This document shows positions 1 to 8,177 of a stretch of 32,000 nt of DNA, in pieces. The stretch is from Pyrodictium abyssi. GTDB lineage: Archaea > Thermoproteota > Thermoprotei_A > Sulfolobales > Pyrodictiaceae. The number at the start of each line of letters is the position of its first letter. Positions within the stretch are counted from its first letter, which is position 1. The notes beneath the pieces were generated by a model. The model was given only the letters and a program-made list of their open reading frames with translations, was not told the DNA's origin and ran no database searches. Made by a program: the position numbers and the translations under genes. The stretch covers positions 1,050,001-1,082,000 of the forward strand of contig NZ_AP028907.1 in assembly GCF_036323395.1 (NCBI RefSeq). Direction: 5' to 3'.

Positions 1-641
1 CGCAGGGGCTGCCCGGCTAGCGGGTGGTGGTACTCTATAAGCCACACCGGGTAGTGCGCCACGCCCACGAGCCCCGCCCGGCTCTCGACGCTGCCTCTGC
101 ACCCGGCTAGCCGCGCCTCACCCGCAGCCCGGTACTCCACACGGGCCCGGAGTGCACTACACCTGGGCTCTGGGCTAGCGTCGGGCTGGTGGAACACGCC
201 CCTACGCGCCCTCCGCGGGTCGTAGGGCTCCCTCCCGACGACGGGGAACCTGTAGCCGTGCTCGAGCCCCGGGAGCGGGAGCCTAGACGTGGCCAGCCAC
301 GTCTCCTCCCGCTCCTCTCGCGCTCCCTCGCAGCCCTCCACCCAGGCCTCTGCGCTGCAGATGTAGAGCGGTAGGTAGTGGAGCTCGCTCCGGGCTAACG
401 AGGCTGTCTCGGCTATGTCCGCTGGCGCGCCGGGGAGCATACGGGCCCGTGAAACGGCTAGGAGGAACGCCTCGCCGTCGTCGAGCCTCGGTGGGTAGTA
501 GTACTGCCTTGTAGCCTCCTCCCCAGTCTTAGCCACGACCGTGGTCCCGCAGTACGGGCAGACGGCGTACACAGCACCCTTCGGCACCTCGAACACAGCG
601 CCACAGTATGGGCACCGTAGCCTCCTCAAGCCCTGGGTCAC
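1..641 (-). CDS. Zinc-ribbon protein with N-terminal double CPYCG ribbon, C-terminus truncated by window edge
   Basis: Not in the ORF track because it is open at the left edge. My reverse-complement translation starts at GTG 641-639: VTQGLRRLRCPYCGAVFEVPKGAVYAVCPYCGTTVVAKTGEEATRQYYYPPRL..., open to position 1. The GTG overlaps the TGA stop of the upstream gene (GTGA). Confidence 0.72.
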   Translation of the reverse strand, partial: MTQGLRRLRCPYCGAVFEVPKGAVYAVCPYCGTTVVAKTGEEATRQYYYPPRLDDGEAFLLAVSRARMLPGAPADIAETASLARSELHYLPLYICSAEAWVEGCEGAREEREETWLATSRLPLPGLEHGYRFPVVGREPYDPRRARRGVFHQPDASPEPRCSALRARVEYRAAGEARLAGCRGSVESRAGLVGVAHYPVWLIEYHHPLAGQPL

Positions 642-1759
642 CTTCTCGCCAGCCTCTCAGCCTGGGTGCCTATCGTCGTGAATAGGCTGCGGAGCCACGA
701 GCCCTCACGGCCCTTCTCTATCCTAGCCTCGCTTAGCCCAGCTCGCGCCGCGAGGTAGCCCAGCACAGCGCCGAGCCCTAGCGTGGCCCCAGCTACAGCT
801 AGGCCCCCGACGCCGCCTCCCGCAGCCGTGTAGAGCACGGCAGCAGCTCCGCCACCACCCCCGCCGAGGAGCCCAGCGAGCATGAGGAAGAAGCTCCGCT
901 GCCTGCCGGTCAGGGGCTCTTCGCGTAGCAGCGGGTACATGTCCCACCCGGAGAAGTAGGCGCGGTACACCCTGCCCTCGCAGACGTAGAACACCTTGGT
1001 TAGGGGGAGCAGCACCGGCCCACGGACCTCGAGCTCGGGGAACTCGCACGTGATAGTCCTATGGACAACGTTGACAGCAGTGACCGTGCCGGGGCCGTGG
1101 TAGCTGGCCCTAGCCCTCCGCCTAATCTCCGCCTCAACCCTCTCGCGGAGCCAGTCGCATGCATCGTCGCGCACGGTCTCCTCCGCCTCCTGGGGGCCGT
1201 AGTCTGCAGCGAGCGCCGTGTACTCCCCCTTCCTCCACTCCACGCTGCCCAGGCCCACGAGCTCTGGGCGCGTGGAGAGGTAGTGCTCGGCCAGCTCGTC
1301 CACAGCCTCTTCGCCGAGGCTCCTCTTGCCGCTGACTAGAGCCTCGAAGCTCTGCTCGTAGACGCCCGAGACGTGGAACGGCACGGTACGTGTCTCGGTG
1401 TAGACACGGTCGCCCTTCCTCCGGGAGACGGTGACGATGAGGAACCCGGAAGCCTCGTACCGGCTATAGAGCCGGCCACGCGCCTCGTAGAAGGGCACGA
1501 GCACGGTCTCGATACGGGCTGGCTCCACGTTGAGCCCGCGGAGGTCTGGGTCCCTGCGCGCAAGCTCCATGAAGGCCTCCCAGGCCCTATCCATGCTCGG
1601 CGGCTTAGCGGCGAACACGCTGCCGGGCTCGCCCTTAACCCAGTTGGGCTTCCCGCAGTACGGGCAGACCACGAGAACCGTGTCGGGGCCGACCCGCAGC
1701 GGTGAGCCGCAGTAGCTGCACCGCAGCCTCTGCACGCTGACCGCCGGTAAGCCAGCCAT
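638..1759 (-). CDS. Zinc-ribbon protein with C-terminal glycine-rich transmembrane hairpin
   Basis: 373 aa ORF; N-terminal CSYCGSPL...CPYCGKPN ribbon; C-terminal hydrophobic FFLMLAGLLGGGGGGAAAVLYTAAGGGVGGLAVAGATLGLGAVLGYLAA. Confidence 0.8.
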   Translation of the reverse strand: MAGLPAVSVQRLRCSYCGSPLRVGPDTVLVVCPYCGKPNWVKGEPGSVFAAKPPSMDRAWEAFMELARRDPDLRGLNVEPARIETVLVPFYEARGRLYSRYEASGFLIVTVSRRKGDRVYTETRTVPFHVSGVYEQSFEALVSGKRSLGEEAVDELAEHYLSTRPELVGLGSVEWRKGEYTALAADYGPQEAEETVRDDACDWLRERVEAEIRRRARASYHGPGTVTAVNVVHRTITCEFPELEVRGPVLLPLTKVFYVCEGRVYRAYFSGWDMYPLLREEPLTGRQRSFFLMLAGLLGGGGGGAAAVLYTAAGGGVGGLAVAGATLGLGAVLGYLAARAGLSEARIEKGREGSWLRSLFTTIGTQAERLARR

Positions 1760-1784
1760 GCAGGCCGCCTCCCTGCCGGCCCTA

Positions 1785-2918
1785 CTAGGCCTCTAGCTGT
1801 GCTCCGCACACGGGGCAGAACCGCGCCTCAGCTGGCGCTACGTGGCCACGAGGGCACCAGAGTATCCTCTTGCCGCAGAAGGGGCAGAACCCGGCACCCC
1901 GGAGCGACGGAGGCAGCTCCCGCCCACAGTAGGGGCACCGCGGCGTATAGCTCTGCTGGCTGCCAGCCCCCCTCTGCTGCTGGGCAGCGGCAGCGCCTAC
2001 AGCGGCGGCCCCAGCGGCCTGCACGGGCTGGGGCTGCTGGGCCTGTTGGAGGAACTGCTGGAGCATAGGCAGGAACGCTGCTAGGCCCACCACGTTGCCT
2101 CCCTGGGCCTTCGCCAGCGCGTCCATGAGGCGGCGCTGTAGGTCGTACTGCTGCATGAACTGCGCCACCTGAGGGTTGGTGGCGGCAAGAGCCAGCATCT
2201 GGAAGTAGCCGCTCTCCTGCAGCTTCCTGAGCCACTCCTCAGGGATATCCACGTCCACAGCTATGCTCTTGACCCTCAGGTACCAGTTCTCCTGCAGCTC
2301 CCTCGCAACCTGACTCCTCAGGAGCTCCTTGACCCGTGCCTTGCCCTGGTGCACGTCAATGCTGAGGAAGCTTCCCAGGAACGACTCCACCCAGTCATTT
2401 ATGTAGAGCCTTATCCTCTCCTCGAGCTCCTCCGTCGTGAAGCTCTTGTCCTCAGCGGCTATCTTTAGCGCGAACTTCTTAATGTCCTCGTCGTTCTCTG
2501 GCATCACTACGTGTATCTTCCCCCGGTACTGGATGGGCACACCGTCCTTACTATTCCCCTGGCCGCCGAAAGCGATATCCTTCTCCGTAACGTTGACAAA
2601 GACTATGCGTACCGGTATGGGGACGCCCTCGTAGAGCTCCTGCATTACGCCTCGCAGGCCCGGCACGTGGGCGGTGTCGAGCGGCCACTCGCCCTGCCGG
2701 AGGACAGCCAGCACCTTGCCGCCGCGGATGACGATAGCCGCCTGGTTCGGCTGCACGACTATTCTGGAGCCGTAGGGTATCATCCGCTGTGGGTACTCCC
2801 AGACCAGCTCCCCGGGGTGGAAGTCGTGCGATATTACTAGCAGCTTCCCGGCCCCGGCTTTGGCTACCTTACCCCCTATCCTGCCCAGCTTATCGAAGAA
2901 CGACACGACCAGGCTCAC
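1785..2918 (-). CDS. SPFH/band-7 domain protein with C-terminal zinc ribbons (virion core protein-like/YdjI-type family)
   Basis: 377 aa; SPFH-like N-terminal region (GELVWEYPQRMIPYGSRIVVQPNQAAIVIRGGKVLAVLRQGEWPLDT...), Gln/Ala-rich linker, then CPYCGREL..CPFCGKR and CPRGH..CPVCGAQLEA. Confidence 0.85.
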   Translation of the reverse strand: MSLVVSFFDKLGRIGGKVAKAGAGKLLVISHDFHPGELVWEYPQRMIPYGSRIVVQPNQAAIVIRGGKVLAVLRQGEWPLDTAHVPGLRGVMQELYEGVPIPVRIVFVNVTEKDIAFGGQGNSKDGVPIQYRGKIHVVMPENDEDIKKFALKIAAEDKSFTTEELEERIRLYINDWVESFLGSFLSIDVHQGKARVKELLRSQVARELQENWYLRVKSIAVDVDIPEEWLRKLQESGYFQMLALAATNPQVAQFMQQYDLQRRLMDALAKAQGGNVVGLAAFLPMLQQFLQQAQQPQPVQAAGAAAVGAAAAQQQRGAGSQQSYTPRCPYCGRELPPSLRGAGFCPFCGKRILWCPRGHVAPAEARFCPVCGAQLEA

Positions 2919-3697
2919 CCCCTACCGAATACGCGTGAGAGCAGGATCCGTGCACGGGAAACAGCTGGGCCGAGCCCCTCGGCTACAGCCCCAGCAGCGG
3001 CCCGTAGCCGCCCAGCCACGGTGTCGCCGCTGGAGGCGAACTGGAGGAACCGGCGCCTCTCCTCGTAGAGCTCGCGGAGGCTCCTAGCAACCTCCTCCAG
3101 CCTGCCGAGGAGCTCCAGGGCCTTCTGGTAGTCGCCGAGGCCCACGGCGGCCCGCAGCTCCCGCGCGGTCCTAGCTGCAGCCTCGCCAAGCCCTATCATA
3201 GAGTCGTCGTACTCGCATAGCCGGAGTATCTCGTCCTCCCTTATCGCCCGTGCAGCCCCTACCGGGGCCCAGCCAGAGTCGGCGTAGAGTATGTCGCTGA
3301 CAAGCCCGGAGACCTCGGCGCCTATGCTCCGGAGCCTCTCCGGGAGAACTGGCAGTGCCTGCAGAGCACCCGTGCCCTGCTGTACCGGGGCGGTGGGCGG
3401 GACAGCGCTAAGCATTGGCGTGGAGGCGAAGAACGCCTGCCCGGCCGCAGAGGCGAGTGCCTGCCGTGCAGCCTCCACCTCCCGGTAGGCCTCGTCGAGC
3501 CGCCCAGCCACGTACCGGCGTATCTCCACGTCCAGCTCCCGGAGCTTCTCCCGCCGGAGAAACCCCCGGGCGAACGGCACAGCCCGGAACATGTTCTGTA
3601 TCCAGGCGTAGTGGGGCCGGAGGCACAGCTCGTAGCCCGGGCCACCAGAGCTACTGTTGTCGGACAACACCCAGCACCCGATAAGCCATTTAGACAC
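2915..3697 (-). CDS. Uncharacterised alpha-helical protein, first gene of the SPFH operon
   Basis: 260 aa ORF, predicted helical (REKLRELDVEIRRYVAGRLDEAYREVEAARQALASA...; KALELLGRLEEVARSLRELYEERRRFLQF). TGA overlaps the GTG start of the SPFH gene. True start may lie downstream, e.g. at MFRAVPFARG. Confidence 0.6.
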   Translation of the reverse strand: MSKWLIGCWVLSDNSSSGGPGYELCLRPHYAWIQNMFRAVPFARGFLRREKLRELDVEIRRYVAGRLDEAYREVEAARQALASAAGQAFFASTPMLSAVPPTAPVQQGTGALQALPVLPERLRSIGAEVSGLVSDILYADSGWAPVGAARAIREDEILRLCEYDDSMIGLGEAAARTARELRAAVGLGDYQKALELLGRLEEVARSLRELYEERRRFLQFASSGDTVAGRLRAAAGAVAEGLGPAVSRARILLSRVFGRG

Positions 3698-3955
3698 CAG
3701 GGCTCATGGTACACCGAGTGGGGGACAGACTAGCGAGCCGCTGTTCTATTAGCAGTTCCGTAGAGGCTAGGAGCCGGGTTAATACGTGTTATACGCAGAG
3801 CCCAGGGCCAAACCACGCTACGACGGGACCAACACCGCCCTAACCTTTAATCATACAGCGTTCTTTCAGCCTCCCCTGCCCCAGTCCCCGGCCCACGGGC
3901 CGTGCCCCTTAGATGGTGATACCGCATTGTAACCCCTCTAGGGGGCGCACAAGCC

Positions 3956-4237
3956 TTGGCTATAGGGCAGCACACTACAGTACGCTATATAAGCCTCGTA
4001 GCAGCCATCGAGCGCGTGCTACGCGACCTCGGCGGCCGCGCGGAGATGGACACCCTGCTACGCGAGGTATGGACACGCTACGTGGAAGCCGGGAACGGCG
4101 AGCGCGTAGTAATGAGGCTCTACCGCCACCCCACCGGCAGGCTATGGAGCCCCGACGCAGAGGAAGCCCTACGCGTCCTAGAAGCAGCAGGGATAGTCGA
4201 GAGGCACGGCAGAACACTAGTACTCAAAGCCGCCTAG
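3956..4237 (+). CDS. Small winged-helix-like protein (possible DNA-binding); start uncertain
   Basis: 93 aa ORF from a TTG: ...VAAIERVLRDLGGRAEMDTLLREVWTRYVEAGNGERVVMRLYRHPTGRLWSPDAEEALRVLEAAGIVERHGRTLVLKAA. Alternative in-frame GTG start at 4016. Confidence 0.5.
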   Translation: MAIGQHTTVRYISLVAAIERVLRDLGGRAEMDTLLREVWTRYVEAGNGERVVMRLYRHPTGRLWSPDAEEALRVLEAAGIVERHGRTLVLKAA

Positions 4238-4274
4238 CCCCGTAGCCGTTTCCCCCACCCGCTAGGCGGTGAGC

Positions 4275-4948
4275 CTATCCTCTCTCCTCCGGGGCCTGCT
4301 GGGGCCTGCAGAAGACCCATGGCCTGTGGCGGACGACCCGGTAGCCTAGCCTCCTGTAGAGCCTCACCGCGGCAGTGTTGCCCTCGGCTACGTGCAGCAT
4401 CGCTGCTGCTCCTGCTGATAGCGCCGCCTCGGTCACGGAGGATACAGCGGTCTTGCCGTAGCCCCGGCTCCGGTACCGCGGGTCCGTGTACACACCGCCA
4501 ATAACCCACACCTCGCGCATTCTGATATAGGCGCTGGCGATGGAGACTACCTCGCTGCCGGCCAGGGCCCCGTGGTACCTCATAGCCCGGAGAGCCGCCC
4601 GCGCCTCTTCCCCCGAAACGGGCCCTGTAGCGATAGCAGCCTAGCCAAGGCCTCAACGTGTCCGGGATTACTAGGGCTTAGCCTCACAACGGGGTGGCCA
4701 CGGTACGGGGTGAAGTCCTCCTCGCCCACAGCCATGTCCAGGAAGCTCTCCACACGGGTAATGTGTCCGGGCTTTAGCGCCTCGAGCACGCGGGGTAGAA
4801 GACCCGGATCGTAGAGCTGGATAACAGTTTCCCTCGTGCACCGGTGCTCCTCTAGGAGAGGGTCTACGCGGCCCCAGAGGTGCACAGAGTCCCTCACGGG
4901 GCCACGCCACCGGAGGAGGTAGCCAGCTATAGCGTCCTGGTCTACCAC
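4275..4948 (-). pseudogene. GNAT-family N-acetyltransferase, apparently frameshifted
   Basis: N-terminal half in 4580..4948 (MVDQDAIAGYLLRWRGPVRD...VEALARLLSLQGPF); C-terminal half in 4275..4583 contains the acetyl-CoA-binding motif (VWVIGGVYTDPRYRSRGYGKTAVSSVTEAAL...VAEGNTAAVRLYRRLGY). One extra G (coding strand) in the 5-base run at 4610-4614 would join them. Confidence 0.75.
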
Positions 4949-5275
4949 AACCCTCAGCCTACCTGGTCGAGCTGGTACACTAGGTTATAGACCAGGTGGA
5001 CGTGGGTCAGCGGAAGCGGTAGAGACCGATAATGGCTCTCCACAGGATATAGTCGAGGCTCTTGAGCCCTACTAGGCGATACAAACCCGGCACACCGCCT
5101 AGGATACAGGGTAATAGGGCCTTCTAAGGCATAGGCTCGTCCCCGGCCCACGGGATGCTAGCGCCAGAGGCCCCCGGGGCACTGTGTCGCGGATCCCTGT
5201 GTGTCGTTGCGCCCAGGAGCCCTGGGAGTAGAATTTACCTAGCAGCATGGCTCCCATTACCTGGGCGGCTCCCGC

Positions 5276-5705
5276 TTGAGCATCGAGGAGTACAGGCTAC
5301 TGATGCGGAGAGCGTTAATGTTCCTAGACGAGGCCCGTGAGGCCTACAGTAGGGACCGCCACGATCTAGCTATGTTCCTCGCCGAGCAGGCTCTACAGCT
5401 CTTCCTCAAGGCGCAGCTCCTCCGTATGCTCGGCGACTACCCTCGTACGCATAGTGTACGGCAGCTCCTCACCATGCTCGGGAAGGCGCTAGGCGATAAC
5501 GCTGAGAAGGAGATAACGGCCTTCATTAGGCGAGAGAGGCCCCGCCTATCAGAGCTAGAGGACGTATACATAGTCTCACAGGTACGGGTTCCGCACCTAT
5601 ACCAGGGATGACGCCGAGGACATATTGTCCACCGTGGAGAGGGTGATGGGTTTTGTCGAAGAGCTACTCAGATGTACTGCTCGAGACGATGCTGGAGAGG
5701 GCTAG
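5276..5705 (+). pseudogene. HEPN-domain protein, apparently frameshifted near the C-terminus
   Basis: Frame 1 (5276-5611): MSIEEYRLLMRRALMFLDEAREAYSRDRHDLAMFLAEQALQLFLKAQLLRMLGDYPRTHSVRQLL...LEDVYIVSQ. The expected C-terminus is in the next frame from about 5580: RYGFRTYTRDDAEDILSTVERVMGFVEELLRCTARDDAGEG*, ending at 5705. Confidence 0.75.
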
Positions 5706-6005
5706 CATCCTCAGGAACTGGAGGAAGATAGCGAGTAGGGTAGCAGACGCTGTGAGAGAAGTGTGTCCGGAAGCACGTGTATACGTAGCTGGTAGTGTCG
5801 CGAGGGGCGAGTGGATAGCAGCAAGCGATATAGACATCGTTGTCGTGTTGCCGCGCAGCCCAGTATGCGGGAGGCGGCACAAATTATAGAACATGTATGG
5901 AGCAGGCTAGGGCTCCCTCCGAGTAATCCGCTCGAGGTACACGTAGTCGGGCCCAAGGACCTTGAGAGGTATCTGAGAAAAGGCGTGGTAGCACAGCTAG
6001 CATAG
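5689..6005 (+). pseudogene. MNT-type minimal nucleotidyltransferase, apparently frameshifted
   Basis: GSVARGEWIAASDIDIVVVLPRSP (GSxxR...SDxD motif) in the 5653..5889 frame, continuing in another frame as MREAAQIIEHVWSRLGLPPSNPLEVHVVGPKDLERYLRKG (to 6005). One extra C at 5859-5861 restores continuity. In-frame ATG at 5689 overlaps the end of the HEPN reading frame. Confidence 0.75.
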
Positions 6006-6044
6006 TCTACGCGGCGGCATAGAGGCTGTGCCCCCGAGGGGGCC

Positions 6045-7184
6045 TTAGCTCCTTTCCGGGGCGTCTACCGGTAGGCTGCCGGTTTCCTTGCCTATTACCT
6101 TCTGTAGCCTCTTGATGGTCAGCTCTACTAGTGGTGTGCGTAGCGGCTTCTCGGGTATCAGGCCCTGCGGCCTATACAGCAGCACAGCGACTATCAGTAG
6201 GCCCATTATCACGTAGCGTAGGAACGGCAGTGCGGCGGCCACGGCGTCTGGTACGCTTATCCCTAGGGTCTCTAGCGCCGAGGTGTTGAGGAACACGTTT
6301 ATCGCCGCTACCGCGGCTGCGCCGAGCAGCGCGCCTACGTTGTTCGCTGCGCCGCCGAGCATCACGGCTACTACGACCTCGAAGGTCCTCTCCGGCTTGA
6401 AGGTGTTCGCCTGGACGCTCCCCGAGTAGAACACCAGGAGAGCGCCGGCTATCGCCGCCATGGCGGAGCCGACGGCTAGCACCTGTAGCCTGAGCCGGGC
6501 CACGTTGTAGCCGTACACCTGGGCTGCTAGCTCGTCGTCCCTCATCGCCTTTAGGGCGCGGCCCCAGGGGCTGTTGGCCAGCATCTCGGCGTAGACGTAG
6601 AAGAGCGCTGCGAACAGCAGCACAAGCATAGCGTACATTAGGTCTATCCTGGCCTTCACCGGGTACCAGGCGAAGGGCGTCGGTATGGCTGTGAGGCCGT
6701 TGAAGCTGCAGACAGGCCACTGGCTGTTGTAGGCTATCAGCCTCACAACCTCGCCCATTGCTAGCAGGGTTATCGCGAGGAAGTCGCCGCCGAGCCGCAG
6801 CGTCGGGTAGCTAGAGAGTATACCGGACACCGCGCCTATCACGCCAGCAGCTACCAGTGCTAGCGCGAAGAGCGTGAAGTACTGACCCGGAGAGAGCAGG
6901 TGCTGTGAGGCAGCGGTGGAGAGTATGTTGTACGCCTCCGGGCTGCAGTAGACCGGGCCCTCAGTGCTTGCTGCCACGGTTGCCCCGGCTGTCTGGGCTG
7001 CCCAGTGTAGGCCTAGCCACGCTGCCAGGGCGCCGGCAGAGTAGGCGCCAAGGCTCATGAACAATACCTTGCCGAAGTTTGGTACGCCGCCGTAGCCGTA
7101 CTCTAGGTTGAAGCTCAGCGCTAGTATCGCGTAGACGCCGAACCAGACAATCCACTGCGAGACTATACCCATCACGCCCTCCAT
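6045..7184 (-). CDS. livM: Branched-chain amino acid/amide ABC transporter permease, LivM family
   Basis: 379 aa polytopic protein; YGGVPNFGKVLFMSLGAYSAGALAAWLG, YPTLRLGGDFLAITLLAMGEVVR, GGAANNVGALLGAA motifs of LivM permeases. Confidence 0.88.
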   Translation of the reverse strand: MEGVMGIVSQWIVWFGVYAILALSFNLEYGYGGVPNFGKVLFMSLGAYSAGALAAWLGLHWAAQTAGATVAASTEGPVYCSPEAYNILSTAASQHLLSPGQYFTLFALALVAAGVIGAVSGILSSYPTLRLGGDFLAITLLAMGEVVRLIAYNSQWPVCSFNGLTAIPTPFAWYPVKARIDLMYAMLVLLFAALFYVYAEMLANSPWGRALKAMRDDELAAQVYGYNVARLRLQVLAVGSAMAAIAGALLVFYSGSVQANTFKPERTFEVVVAVMLGGAANNVGALLGAAAVAAINVFLNTSALETLGISVPDAVAAALPFLRYVIMGLLIVAVLLYRPQGLIPEKPLRTPLVELTIKRLQKVIGKETGSLPVDAPERS

Positions 7185-7187
7185 GGC

Positions 7188-8144
7188 TCACGCCCTCCTC
7201 TTGAGTGATAGCGACTCGAGCCTTATCACGCCCTCAGGCCGGTACATGAGCACGACTATGAGGGCCACGAGGGCTATCACGGGCGCGTAGGCCGTGCTGA
7301 GCCCGAGGTAGGTGTTCGCGAGGAAGCTCACAACCTGCTCAGCGAGGCCCAGGAGCACGCCGGAGACTATGGAGCCGTAGAAAGTGAAGCCGCCCATAGT
7401 CGCGGCGGCGAATATCCAGAGCAGCATCAGCCAGCCCGACTCCGGGTTCACGTAGTAGTAGTACGCGTAGACGAAGCCAGCGAAGCCCGCTAGGCCGCCG
7501 CCTATAAGCCAGGTTATCCGCCGGATAGCGTAGATGTTGATACCCGTCACCCGGGCGAGCACCGGGTTGCTAGCAGTAGCCCTCATCGCCTTACCCGTCC
7601 GGGTCCTGGTGAACAACCAGTGGAGCGCAGCAGCGAACACCACAGCGGCGCCTATGGCTAGCAGGTGGCTGGTCTCAACCGAGACTATACCGCCTATGCT
7701 CAGTATCGTGGCGCTCCGCACCGGGAGCGCTGCCTCGAGCAGCCCAGCAGCAGAGGCAGCTACGGCTAGCAGCGAGTACCGGAGCACAAGGCCGACACCT
7801 ATGCTGGCGACCAGTAGGTGTAGCGGCGTAGCGCCCCTCTTCCATAGAGGCTTGAAGGCTAGCTCGTCGCTCGTAAGCGCCGCCGCGGCGCCGACGACTA
7901 CTGCGATGAGCAGCGCGGCGGCTAGCCCGGCTCCCCCAACGCCAGCGGCCACGGCCGCTAGGTAGGCGGCGTAGGCGCCGTAGGTTATGTACTCGGCGTA
8001 GGCGAAGTTGGGCACCTTTGTCACGCGGAATATAAGCGTGAGCCCGAGAGCCATTAGGCCGTAGAGGCTGCCCACACGCAGCCCGTTAACCACCGCGCCG
8101 AGCACTCCGTAGAGGATAGCAGACTCGACCATCCCGGGACACAC
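7188..8144 (-). CDS. livH: Branched-chain amino acid/amide ABC transporter permease, LivH family
   Basis: 318 aa; VNGLRVGSLYGLMALGLTLIFRVTKVPNFAYAEYITYGAYAAY; STEEP-like MRATASNPVLARVTGINIYAIRRITWLIGGGLAGFAG. Confidence 0.88.
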   Translation of the reverse strand: MCPGMVESAILYGVLGAVVNGLRVGSLYGLMALGLTLIFRVTKVPNFAYAEYITYGAYAAYLAAVAAGVGGAGLAAALLIAVVVGAAAALTSDELAFKPLWKRGATPLHLLVASIGVGLVLRYSLLAVAASAAGLLEAALPVRSATILSIGGIVSVETSHLLAIGAAVVFAAALHWLFTRTRTGKAMRATASNPVLARVTGINIYAIRRITWLIGGGLAGFAGFVYAYYYYVNPESGWLMLLWIFAAATMGGFTFYGSIVSGVLLGLAEQVVSFLANTYLGLSTAYAPVIALVALIVVLMYRPEGVIRLESLSLKRRA

Positions 8145-8177
8145 CTCCCCTCCTCTTCTCCTCCCCTGGTCACCGGT

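Noticed and set aside
4234-4656. 140-aa minus ORF over the GNAT C-terminus
   Set aside because: Non-protein-like composition; the GNAT motifs are in the 4275..4583 frame.
5012-5275. Possible small RNA or decayed gene between the GNAT and HEPN genes
   Set aside because: Only short GC-rich inverted segments and no ORF or conserved motif I can support.
6172-6720. 182-aa ORF overlapping livM
   Set aside because: Out-of-frame Arg-rich translation; livM frame is clearly coding.
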